From Burkholderiales bacterium (GTDB lineage Bacteria; Pseudomonadota; Gammaproteobacteria; Burkholderiales; Burkholderiaceae_C): a DNA stretch of 47,562 nt. The notes beneath the pieces are model-generated. The model made no database searches. It saw nothing but the letters and a program-made list of their open reading frames with translations, and was not told where the DNA came from. Location: NCBI GenBank assembly GCA_947462065.1, contig CANHNO010000001.1, positions 1-47,562 of the forward strand, read 5' to 3'. Within the stretch, counting starts at the first letter, position 1. Every line of letters begins with the position of its first letter. The translations under genes were made by a program, and so were the position numbers. Positions 35,684 to 43,660 of the stretch are shown here, piece after piece.

Positions 35684-37147
35684 TTGTCATCGCTGCATTT
35701 CTTGGCCGACACGCGACACGCACAGACGCTGTCGCCACGCTTTCAGCATGCGGTGCGTCTGCTGCAGCTGTCTTCGATGGACTTCGCCGCGACGGTGCGC
35801 GATGTGTTGGGCCAGAACCCATTCCTCGAACTCGAAGAGGGCCTGTCCGACGGTGACGGTTCAGGCGACGATGGCGAGGCTGACCGCAGCGACGACGAGC
35901 GTGTCGAGGCGGACGCGCCCTATGACGGCAACACGCTGTCCGCTGCCATGGACGGGATGTCCGATGAGCGGAGTGACGACCGAGAGCTGTGGCAGGTCGA
36001 TGCGCCGTCGTCGCAGCGGCCGGCGGGTGACGGCGATCTGTCGGCGCTGGACATGATGGCGGTCGAAACGCCGTTGAATGCGCACCTCAACGCCCAGCTC
36101 GATCTGCAGCCCTTGGCCACCCGGGAGCGGTGGCTCGCGCGCACCATCGTCGAATCGCTCGACGACGACGGCTACCTGCGTGCATCGCTGGCTGAACTGT
36201 GCGAGCTGTGCGAGTTGAGCCCGCCGATCCGGCTGTCTGAGATGCAGGCGGCATTGGTGCGTGTGCAGGCGCTGGACCCGGCGGGTGTGGCGGCGTGCAG
36301 TGTGGCCGAGTGCCTTCGGCTGCAACTGCCATCGATCGAATGCCCGCAGCTGCGCGCACTGGCTGAGCGCGTGTTGAACCAGCACCTGGGGCTGCTGGCG
36401 GCACGCGATGTCCCTGCGCTGGCGCGCTCGCTGGGTGAGCCCGTGTCGAGGATGCAGCAGGTGTGCGATCGCATTCGTCGACTCGATCCGCGGCCGGGCT
36501 GGCGGTTCAGCTCGACGCGCATTGCCTATGTGGTGCCCGATGTGGTGGTGAAGAAAGTTCGCGGCGAATGGCGGGTGCACCTGAACCCGTCGGTGATCCC
36601 TCGCGTTCGCCTCAATCAGATGTATGCCGACCTGTTCAAGCGTCACCGCACCCCATCCCACGCCGACATGGCGAGTCAGTTGCAGGAAGCGCGGTGGACC
36701 GTCAAGAACGTCGAGCAGCGCTTTTCGACCATCCTCGACGTCGCCGAAGCGATCGTCAGGCGGCAGCGGCATTTCCTCGAGTTCGGACCGATGGCGATGA
36801 AGCCCCTGGGCCTGAAGGAGATCGCCGACGAACTCGGCATCCATGAATCGACCGTCTCGCGGGTGACCAACAACAAGTTCATCGCCACACCCAGTGGCGT
36901 GTTCGAGCTGAAGCACTTCTTCTCCCGAGCGATGGTCACGGCCAATGGCAGCACGTGCTCCGGCACCGCGATCCGCGGTTTGCTCAAGGACATGATCGCT
37001 GCAGAGGCACCGCAGTCGCCGCTGTCCGACGCCGAGATCACGCGGCAACTGGCGCAGCAGGGGCTGGTGGTCGCACGTCGCACCGTCACCAAGTACCGGC
37101 AGTTGCTGCGCATCGATGCGGTCGAGCGCCGGCGCCGGCAGGCCTGA
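35684..37147 (+). CDS. rpoN: RNA polymerase sigma-54 factor (probable second copy)
   Basis: Region I TLSPRFQHAVRLLQLSS, acidic region II, HTH GIHESTVSRVTNNKF, and RpoN box ARRTVTKYR. TTG start as given by the ORF track. Confidence 0.9.
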   Translation: MSSLHFLADTRHAQTLSPRFQHAVRLLQLSSMDFAATVRDVLGQNPFLELEEGLSDGDGSGDDGEADRSDDERVEADAPYDGNTLSAAMDGMSDERSDDRELWQVDAPSSQRPAGDGDLSALDMMAVETPLNAHLNAQLDLQPLATRERWLARTIVESLDDDGYLRASLAELCELCELSPPIRLSEMQAALVRVQALDPAGVAACSVAECLRLQLPSIECPQLRALAERVLNQHLGLLAARDVPALARSLGEPVSRMQQVCDRIRRLDPRPGWRFSSTRIAYVVPDVVVKKVRGEWRVHLNPSVIPRVRLNQMYADLFKRHRTPSHADMASQLQEARWTVKNVEQRFSTILDVAEAIVRRQRHFLEFGPMAMKPLGLKEIADELGIHESTVSRVTNNKFIATPSGVFELKHFFSRAMVTANGSTCSGTAIRGLLKDMIAAEAPQSPLSDAEITRQLAQQGLVVARRTVTKYRQLLRIDAVERRRRQA

Positions 37148-37168
37148 CCGTGCGGTGGGCGCTCCATG

Positions 37169-37183
37169 CGGCACGTCGCTTGC
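37169..37183 (+). promoter_or_regulatory. sigma-54-type promoter
   Basis: CGGCACG-tcgc-TTGC(C), 22 nt after the rpoN stop and 82 nt upstream of ATG 37265. Confidence 0.6.
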
Positions 37184-37264
37184 CAATGGTTACATCGACA
37201 GCGGTACCGAGCCCTTGCTGCCGCGTCGGATGGTTTGCCGTGCCTTGAACCCTGGAGTACCCCA

Positions 37265-37855
37265 ATGAACACCGACATGGATCTGATCAAGCGCTGGCCG
37301 CAGGCGGTCACGCTGGATATCGCCGTTCACTACGAACGCAGCGCGCCCGACCGGCGGACCTATCGCCTTGCACCCTGCGATCGCACGCCGCTGGTTCGGG
37401 TGATGACTCCCCAGCACCGTGGGTCCCCGCTTGAACTGCAGCGAATGAATTGGTCGCAGTTGCCGGGCCGCACGCTGTACCTGCGCAGCCTGGGTGTGCT
37501 GGCGGTTCACTTGTTTGGCGAAGCGGCGATGCCGCCGCGTGCGCGCGGCGCGCCGCTGTGGCAACACATCAGCGCCGGCATCTCGACCGATCAGAACGCT
37601 GCCCACCAGATCTACTTCGAACTGGATGCGGTTGACGACGCGCAGGCGGTGCTGCGTTACCGCTGCTCCGAAACTCAGCCGCCGGTCCGGCGGGTGGTCG
37701 CGCTCGATGTGCTCGACGCTGATCCGCTTCGCGCGCTGTTGCGCATTGGCATGGCGCGGGTCCGGCCGGTCCTGATGAGCAATGCAACGCTCGCGCCCTC
37801 TGCGCCGCATACCAGGCACGTTCATGTGGCGCCTGAGCTGGCGCAGCAAGCGTGA
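37265..37855 (+). CDS. hypothetical protein
   Basis: 196 aa from ATG 37265 (MNTDMDLIKRW). No family recognised. Confidence 0.5.
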   Translation: MNTDMDLIKRWPQAVTLDIAVHYERSAPDRRTYRLAPCDRTPLVRVMTPQHRGSPLELQRMNWSQLPGRTLYLRSLGVLAVHLFGEAAMPPRARGAPLWQHISAGISTDQNAAHQIYFELDAVDDAQAVLRYRCSETQPPVRRVVALDVLDADPLRALLRIGMARVRPVLMSNATLAPSAPHTRHVHVAPELAQQA

Positions 37856-37880
37856 CCCGTTCCCCGCATCAGCTGCTGCC

Positions 37881-38564
37881 ATGATTGCCGTGATCATCTC
37901 GGCACGCAACGACGAGGCGCACCTCGGTACCTGCCTGCGGTCGGTGCGCGAGGCCTCGCGCCGACGCCGCCTGGGCGGCGAGGCGGTGCTGAGGCTGGTT
38001 GTGCTCGACACCTGTACCGACGGCAGCGCGGCCATCGCCCGCGATGGCGGTGCGCACACGCTGAGGCTGCAGACGGGCAACATCGGGGCGGCGCGGGCGC
38101 AGGGCGCGCAGTGGGCTGTAGACCGCAGCGCACGCTGGCTGGCGTTCACCGATGCCGAGTCTGTCGTGGCCCCCGACTGGCTGTCGATCCAGGTGGCGCT
38201 CGGCACCGATGTGGTCTGCGGGACGGTCGGTGTGCGGGACTGGGGCGAGGACGGCGAGCGCCTGCGTCGCCACTACGACGCCCACTACACCGATGCCGAT
38301 GGGCACCAGCACATCCATGGTGCCAATCTGGGTGTCAGCGCCGATGCCTATCGCCGCGCAGGCGGCTTCCATCCGATGGCGATCAGCGACGATGTGGCGC
38401 TGGTGCGCGCGCTGCAGGCCAGTGGGGCGACGATCGCCTGGTCGGCGGCGCCCCGGGTATCGACCAGCGCCCAGCGCCTGTTCAGCGCACCAGTCGGCTT
38501 CGGCGCGACCGCTCAGCGAATCGATGCCGAGAACCGCGCTTTTGGCACGGGGGCCGCTGCGTGA
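37881..38564 (+). CDS. glycosyltransferase family 2 protein
   Basis: MIAVIISARNDEAHLGTCL...DTCTDGS...FTDAES, GT-A/GT2 N-terminal signatures including a DxD-like DAE. Confidence 0.75.
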   Translation: MIAVIISARNDEAHLGTCLRSVREASRRRRLGGEAVLRLVVLDTCTDGSAAIARDGGAHTLRLQTGNIGAARAQGAQWAVDRSARWLAFTDAESVVAPDWLSIQVALGTDVVCGTVGVRDWGEDGERLRRHYDAHYTDADGHQHIHGANLGVSADAYRRAGGFHPMAISDDVALVRALQASGATIAWSAAPRVSTSAQRLFSAPVGFGATAQRIDAENRAFGTGAAA

Positions 38565-38788
38565 ATGCGATACGCACGCTCAGCAGTGAAGCTGCTGACA
38601 CCCTGCTGCCCGGACCGCTTCGCTGGAACCCGACACTGGTGCGCCTGCGCGCCTGCCTGCTGGCGCAACGGCCTGACCGCGACGCGGTGGAGGAGGTCTG
38701 CAGCCGCCTGCTGACCCCAGCCCGCTCAGGCGCGGATGACCTGGCCACGACCAGCCCGGCGGTGCCGTTGGGCGCCCGGTCAGACTGA
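38561..38788 (+). CDS. hypothetical small protein (doubtful)
   Basis: The GTG at 38561 overlaps the GT2 stop as GTGA. 75 aa with no homology recognised. Confidence 0.3.
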   Translation: MNAIRTLSSEAADTLLPGPLRWNPTLVRLRACLLAQRPDRDAVEEVCSRLLTPARSGADDLATTSPAVPLGARSD

Positions 38789-38856
38789 GAGGTCCGGTAC
38801 CGATCCTGCCGGGTTGGTCCGATCGCTCGCCACATTCGACGCAACCCTCTCTGGGC

Positions 38857-38871
38857 CGGCATGTCGTTTGC
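38857..38871 (+). promoter_or_regulatory. sigma-54-type promoter
   Basis: CGGCATG-tcgt-TTGC(C), 51 nt upstream of ATG 38922. Confidence 0.5.
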
Positions 38872-38921
38872 CATGGTCAGGCATGAAGTGCCATTGCGAA
38901 ACCCCATCCTCCCGCTTTGCG

Positions 38922-39668
38922 ATGCCCGCCCCGTTGCGCAGTGCAGCGTTGGACATCAGCCAAAGTGCCCACAAGAATCGCCTGCTGGCGCGGCTGCCTG
39001 ATGAGGCATGGCAGCGCTGGCTTCCGCAGCTCGAATGGGTCGATTTTCAGCAGGGACAGGTATTGCACGAGTCGGGCACCTTGCCCAGCCACGCCTACTT
39101 CCCGACAACGGCCATCCTGTCGCTGCTCAACGTGACGCAGGATGGCGCCTCGACCGAAATCGCTGCTGTCGGCAATGAGGGATTGGTCGGGGTGTCGCTG
39201 TTCATGGGCGGTGTCTCGACCTGCAGCCGTGCCGTGGTTCAAAGCGCTGGCTTCGGGTTGCGACTGAGGGCGCAGGCGATGCGGGCCGAGTTCGAGCGGT
39301 CTCCCGAGGTGATGCAGGTTCTGCTGCGCTACACCCAGGCACTGATGACGCAGATGGGCCAGACGGCAGTGTGCAACCGCCACCATTCGATCGAGCAGCA
39401 ACTGTGCCGCTGCCTGCTGTTGAACCTGGACCGGCTGGGGGGCAATGAGATCGTCATGACCCATGAGCTGATCGCCGGCACGCTGGGCGTGCGCCGCGAG
39501 GGGGTCACCGAAACGGCACTCAAGCTGCAGGCGGCCGGCTTGATCCGCTACGCGCGTGGGCACATCACCGTGCTCGATCGCCGCGGGCTGGAGAGCCGCG
39601 CCTGCGAGTGCTATGAGGTGGTGAGGAAGGAATACGATCGATTGCTGACGGACAGAATGGCCGCTTGA
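38922..39668 (+). CDS. Crp/Fnr family transcriptional regulator
   Basis: cNMP-binding-like beta-barrel (NRLLARLP...YFPTTAILSLL...VGNEGLVG) and a C-terminal HTH (THELIAGTLGVRREGVTETALKLQAAGLI). Alternative ATG at 38883. Confidence 0.85.
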   Translation: MPAPLRSAALDISQSAHKNRLLARLPDEAWQRWLPQLEWVDFQQGQVLHESGTLPSHAYFPTTAILSLLNVTQDGASTEIAAVGNEGLVGVSLFMGGVSTCSRAVVQSAGFGLRLRAQAMRAEFERSPEVMQVLLRYTQALMTQMGQTAVCNRHHSIEQQLCRCLLLNLDRLGGNEIVMTHELIAGTLGVRREGVTETALKLQAAGLIRYARGHITVLDRRGLESRACECYEVVRKEYDRLLTDRMAA

Positions 39669-39828
39669 TCGGGCCCGAAGCACTGGCTGGTGCTGTGTGA
39701 GGGAACTTCGCTGAACCGCGGCGACTCACTCCCCGGCGCACGACGGCCCGATATCATTGACCGAGCCTTTTTTGTATCAGTGCCACGGCGGCCTCCGCCG
39801 CATCCCGAGAGTCCGCCTTTTACCGCCC

Positions 39829-41127
39829 ATGTTGCGTCCGATCACCGCTGCCACCGCCCGATTCTTCATCGCTGCATGGGCCGCTCTGGCGGTTTCCTTC
39901 GCCCTTACTTCCGCCGCACAAGCCCAGCTTCGGGTCGAAATGTCGGGCGTCGGCGCTTCGCAGGTGCCGATCGCGGTGGTGGGTTTTCGCAACGAGCAAT
40001 CTGTCCCGCAGTCACTGTCGCAGATCGTGCGTGCCGACCTGGAGCGCAGCGGACTGTTTCGTGGCGTTGAAGCGTCGGGCGTGCTCGACGAGACCGCCCA
40101 ACCGGCGATGGCCGACTGGCGTCGCCGCGCCGCGGATGCACTCGTCGGCGGTTCAGTGACCCGACTGGCCGATGGCCGCTACGACGTGCGCTTCAAGCTG
40201 TGGGATGTCGTCAAGGGCACTGAGCTTGGCGCTCAGAGCACGGTGGTAGTAGCCGCCGATCTTCGACTGGCGGCACACCGCATCGCCGATTTCATCCACG
40301 AGAAGCTGACCGGGCAGAAGGGCGTGTTCTCGACGCGCATCGCCTACGTCACCCGGATGGGCAAGCGCTACACGCTGAACATCGCCGATGCCGACGGTGA
40401 AGGCGGTCAGATCGCGCTGAACAGCGCCGAGCCGATCATTTCGCCGGCTTGGTCACCCGATGGTCGCGAACTGGCGTATGTGTCGTTCGAGACCCAGAAG
40501 GCGGTGGTCTATGTGCAGGAGGTCGCCAGCGGCAAGCGGCGCGCGGTGGCGAACTTCCGCGGCTCGAACAGCGCGCCGGCGTGGTCGCCCGATGGCCAGA
40601 CGCTGGCCGTGACGCTGTCGCGCGACGGTGGCTCGCAGATCTACCTGATGGGGCGCAACGGCGACAACGTTCGCCGCCTGACGCAAAGCATCGGCATCGA
40701 TACCGAGCCGGTGTTCTCGCCCGACGGTCGCAGCATCTATTTCGTCAGCGACCGCAGCGGCGGCCCGCAGGTCTATCGCATCCCGGCCGCCGGAGGCGCT
40801 GCGGAGCGCATTACATTTGCCGGCAGCTACAACATCAGCCCGACCATCAGCCCCGACGGGCGAACCCTGGCCTACGTGTCGCGCGAAAGCAATGCCTTCC
40901 GGCTGTACGTGCAGGACCTGACTGGCGGCACGCCGATGTCCGTCAGTGACACGAGTGACGATGAGAGCCCGAGCTTTGCGCCGAACAGCCGTTTGATCAT
41001 CTACGCGTCGCGCGCGCAAGGCCGCGACGTGTTGCTCACCACCTCTCTGGACGGCAAGATCAAGTCGAGACTGGTGTCGTCCCTGGCCGATGTGCGGGAG
41101 CCGGTCTGGGGCCCGTACGGACGTTGA
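39829..41127 (+). CDS. tolB: Tol-Pal system beta-propeller protein TolB
   Basis: Signal peptide, N-terminal TolB domain, then repeated PxWSPDG propeller motifs (PAWSPDGRELAYVS, PAWSPDGQTLA, PVFSPDGRSIYF, PTISPDGRTLAY). Confidence 0.93.
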   Translation: MLRPITAATARFFIAAWAALAVSFALTSAAQAQLRVEMSGVGASQVPIAVVGFRNEQSVPQSLSQIVRADLERSGLFRGVEASGVLDETAQPAMADWRRRAADALVGGSVTRLADGRYDVRFKLWDVVKGTELGAQSTVVVAADLRLAAHRIADFIHEKLTGQKGVFSTRIAYVTRMGKRYTLNIADADGEGGQIALNSAEPIISPAWSPDGRELAYVSFETQKAVVYVQEVASGKRRAVANFRGSNSAPAWSPDGQTLAVTLSRDGGSQIYLMGRNGDNVRRLTQSIGIDTEPVFSPDGRSIYFVSDRSGGPQVYRIPAAGGAAERITFAGSYNISPTISPDGRTLAYVSRESNAFRLYVQDLTGGTPMSVSDTSDDESPSFAPNSRLIIYASRAQGRDVLLTTSLDGKIKSRLVSSLADVREPVWGPYGR

Positions 41128-41220
41128 TGTCTGCCACCGATCGAAGCATTCCGAATCAGACCGTTTGTTGTTCCATTACCTTTCACCGCTGATAATTTCT
41201 TAACTTGACAAGGAGTCCCC

Positions 41221-41775
41221 ATGACCTCGAATTCGACCTCATTCCGCCCGACACAAAAGCTTCTGTGGGCTGCGCTTTGCGCAGCTGCATTGGCAGGTTG
41301 CGGCTCCAACGTGAAACTTGACGACAAGAACGTGCCCGTCGAGTCGCGCACGGGCTCTGGCGCCGACAGCAATGCCTCTGGCGCCGCCCAATCGCAAGTC
41401 ACCCCGGTTGACCTGACCAAGAACGGCGGCGCTGGCGTGTTCGCCGGTACCGGCAAGGTCGTGTATTTCGACTTCGACAGCTACACGGTGCGCGATGACG
41501 CACGCCCGGTGATCGACGCTAACGCCAAGGTGCTGGCGGCCAACAAGACGGCAAAACTGGCGGTGGAAGGTCACACCGACGAACGCGGTGGCCGCGAGTA
41601 CAACCTGTCTCTGGGTCAGAAGCGTGCTGAAGCGGTGGTGCGTGCACTGACGCTGGCAGGCGCCACCGATGGCCAACTCGAGCCCACCAGCTTCGGCAAG
41701 GAGCGCCCTGCGGTTTCCGGCAGCGATGAAGCGGCTTATGCGAAGAACCGCCGCGTCGAACTGGTGACCCGCTGA
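41221..41775 (+). CDS. pal: peptidoglycan-associated lipoprotein Pal
   Basis: Lipobox ALAGCGS. OmpA_C domain VYFDFDSYTV...EGHTDERGGREYNLSLGQKRA...NRRVEL. Confidence 0.93.
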   Translation: MTSNSTSFRPTQKLLWAALCAAALAGCGSNVKLDDKNVPVESRTGSGADSNASGAAQSQVTPVDLTKNGGAGVFAGTGKVVYFDFDSYTVRDDARPVIDANAKVLAANKTAKLAVEGHTDERGGREYNLSLGQKRAEAVVRALTLAGATDGQLEPTSFGKERPAVSGSDEAAYAKNRRVELVTR

Positions 41776-41785
41776 GGTTGGGTTG

Positions 41786-42571
41786 ATGAGCGCCGCGCCC
41801 GCCAGTCGGAGCAACGGATGGTTTGCCTGGGCGGGCGCTGCCTGCCTGATGCTGGCGCTCTCGGCGCCGGCGGCGCGGGCGGGCCTGTTTGATGACGACG
41901 AGGCGCGCAGGGCCATCCTCTATCTGCGGCAGAAGCTCGAGCAGAGCAACGAGCAGTCCCGTGCGGCCCAAGCCGAGCAGATCGGGCAGTTGCGCGCCGC
42001 CCTGGCTGACTTGAGCAGCCAAATCGACCTGATGCGCACCGAAAACGCTAGCCTGCGAGCCGAGGTCGAGCAAGTGGCGCGAGGCGTTGCCCTGCTGCAG
42101 GTTCAGCTGAAGGACATGAAGCAGGATTACGACGAGCGTCTGATTCGCATCGAGCCTCAAAAAGCCTCGGTCGACGGGCGCGAATTCATGGCTGATGCCG
42201 AGGAAATCCGGCAGTACGACGCTGCGATGGCGAAGGTTCGCAGCGGTGATTTCGCGGCAGCGGCAGCGGCGCTTGCGGTGTTCCGCAGTCGCTACCCGAG
42301 CAGTGGCTATGGTCAGTCGGTGCTGTTCTGGCTGGGCAATGCGCAGTACGGCAATCGCAGCTACGCCGACGCCATTTCGTCATTTCGCAGCTTCGCCATC
42401 AGCTATCCGGGCGATCTGCGCGCACCCGAGGCGTTGCTGGCCATCGCGAACTGCCAGTTCGAGTTGAAAGAAACCAAGGCCGCGCGCAAGGTGCTTGATG
42501 AGCTGTTCAAGACCTACCCAGACTCCGAGGCAGCGCAGGCGGGCAAGGCACGGCTGGCCGCGCTGAAGTGA
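41786..42571 (+). CDS. cpoB: cell division coordinator CpoB (YbgF)
   Basis: Signal peptide, coiled coil, and a C-terminal TPR region (YDAAMAKVRSGDFAAAAAAL...). Position is directly after pal. Confidence 0.85.
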   Translation: MSAAPASRSNGWFAWAGAACLMLALSAPAARAGLFDDDEARRAILYLRQKLEQSNEQSRAAQAEQIGQLRAALADLSSQIDLMRTENASLRAEVEQVARGVALLQVQLKDMKQDYDERLIRIEPQKASVDGREFMADAEEIRQYDAAMAKVRSGDFAAAAAALAVFRSRYPSSGYGQSVLFWLGNAQYGNRSYADAISSFRSFAISYPGDLRAPEALLAIANCQFELKETKAARKVLDELFKTYPDSEAAQAGKARLAALK

Positions 42572-43353
42572 GTCCCGCTCTGGTCATCGACAACGCGTCG
42601 GTGGCCGATCTCGAACGCCGCTTTGGCGGTCTGCGGCGCTTGCACGGCGACGCGTCCTACGAGCGGCTGCGCGCGACACGCGTCGCAGTGGTCGGGCTGG
42701 GTGGGGTGGGCTCCTGGGCCGCCGAAGCCCTGGCGCGTTGCGGTGTGGCCGAGCTCACGCTGATCGACCTAGATCATGTGTCGGAAGGCAATATCAACCG
42801 CCAGGTTCAGGCGCTCGGCCGCACGGTCGGCCAGGCCAAGGTACTGGCCTTGTGCGAACGACTCACCGACATCCATCCGGGTTGTCTGTTGCGGCCCATC
42901 GAGGAATTCGTCGATGCCGAAAACTGGCCAGCGCTGTTGACGCATCCGATCGATGCGCTGATCGACGCGTGCGATCAGGTGCGCGCGAAAGCGGCACTCG
43001 CTGCCTGGGCCATCGACACCGGAATCGCCTTCGTCAGCGTGGGCGCGGCGGGTGGCAAGCAACGCCCACAGGCCGTCGAGGTCAGCGATCTGGCCGACGC
43101 CACCCACGATCCACTTCTGGCATCGCTGCGTCAGCGATTGCGTCAGCATCATGGCGCCGCACGCCACGGGCCCCTTGGCGTTCACTGTGTCTATTCCCGC
43201 GAGGCCGTTCGTCAACCGGAACAGGCTTGCGATACTGAAGGCAACCTGAACTGCCACGGCTACGGTTCGAGCGTGACCGTCACGGCCACCTTTGGCATGG
43301 TCGCCGCAAGTGAAGTCATGCGAGCGTGGCTGAGCCGCCGAGTGCCGTGCTGA
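42568..43353 (+). CDS. tcdA: tRNA threonylcarbamoyladenosine dehydratase (ThiF/E1-like)
   Basis: VAVVGLGGVGSWAAEALARCGVAELTLIDLDHVSEGNINRQ. The GTG start overlaps the cpoB stop. Confidence 0.85.
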   Translation: MSPALVIDNASVADLERRFGGLRRLHGDASYERLRATRVAVVGLGGVGSWAAEALARCGVAELTLIDLDHVSEGNINRQVQALGRTVGQAKVLALCERLTDIHPGCLLRPIEEFVDAENWPALLTHPIDALIDACDQVRAKAALAAWAIDTGIAFVSVGAAGGKQRPQAVEVSDLADATHDPLLASLRQRLRQHHGAARHGPLGVHCVYSREAVRQPEQACDTEGNLNCHGYGSSVTVTATFGMVAASEVMRAWLSRRVPC

Positions 43354-43412
43354 CCCGCACCACTCCTCTTCAAAACGCCTGGAAGTCGGGCTACAATTTA
43401 AGGCTGCTCCGG

Positions 43413-43488
43413 GGGTTGTTAGCTCAGTTGGTAGAGCAGCGGACTTTTAATCCGTAGGTCGTGGGTTCGAGTCCCGCACAACCCACCA
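43413..43488 (+). tRNA. tRNA-Lys (anticodon UUU)
   Basis: Hand-folded cloverleaf with acceptor GGGTTGT/ACAACCC, D-arm AGCTCAGTTGGTAGAGC, anticodon loop ACTTTTAAT, T-arm GTGGGTTCGAGTCCCGC, and encoded CCA. Confidence 0.9.
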
Positions 43489-43526
43489 CCGGCACAAATC
43501 GTTTTCATCCGAAGGCGTCAAGCTTC

Positions 43527-43602
43527 GGGCTCTTAGCTCAGTTGGTAGAGCAGCGGACTCTTAATCCGTAGGTCGAGTGTTCGAGTCACTCAGGGCCCAC
43601 CA
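43527..43602 (+). tRNA. tRNA-Lys (anticodon CUU)
   Basis: Acceptor GGGCTCT/AGGGCCC (one G-U pair), anticodon loop ACTCTTAAT, T-arm GAGTGTTCGAGTCACTC, and encoded CCA. Confidence 0.88.
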
Positions 43603-43620
43603 AAATTAAGAAAAGAAATC

Positions 43621-43660
43621 AAGGACTTAGCGGCGAAAGCCTCTGAGTCCTTTTTCTTTG
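43621..43660 (+). terminator. intrinsic terminator after the tRNA pair
   Basis: AAGGACTTAG-cGGC-gaaa-GCCt-CTGAGTCCTT followed by TTTTTCTTT. Confidence 0.8.

Noticed and set aside
35861-37186. 441-aa minus-strand ORF
   Set aside because: Shadow ORF antisense to rpoN.
39711-39725. GGGAACTtcgcTGAA upstream of tolB, a possible ninth sigma-54 site
   Set aside because: The -12 position reads TGAA, with no GC. The GGAACTT core fits an ECF-type -35 element better, so I excluded it from the sigma-54 set.
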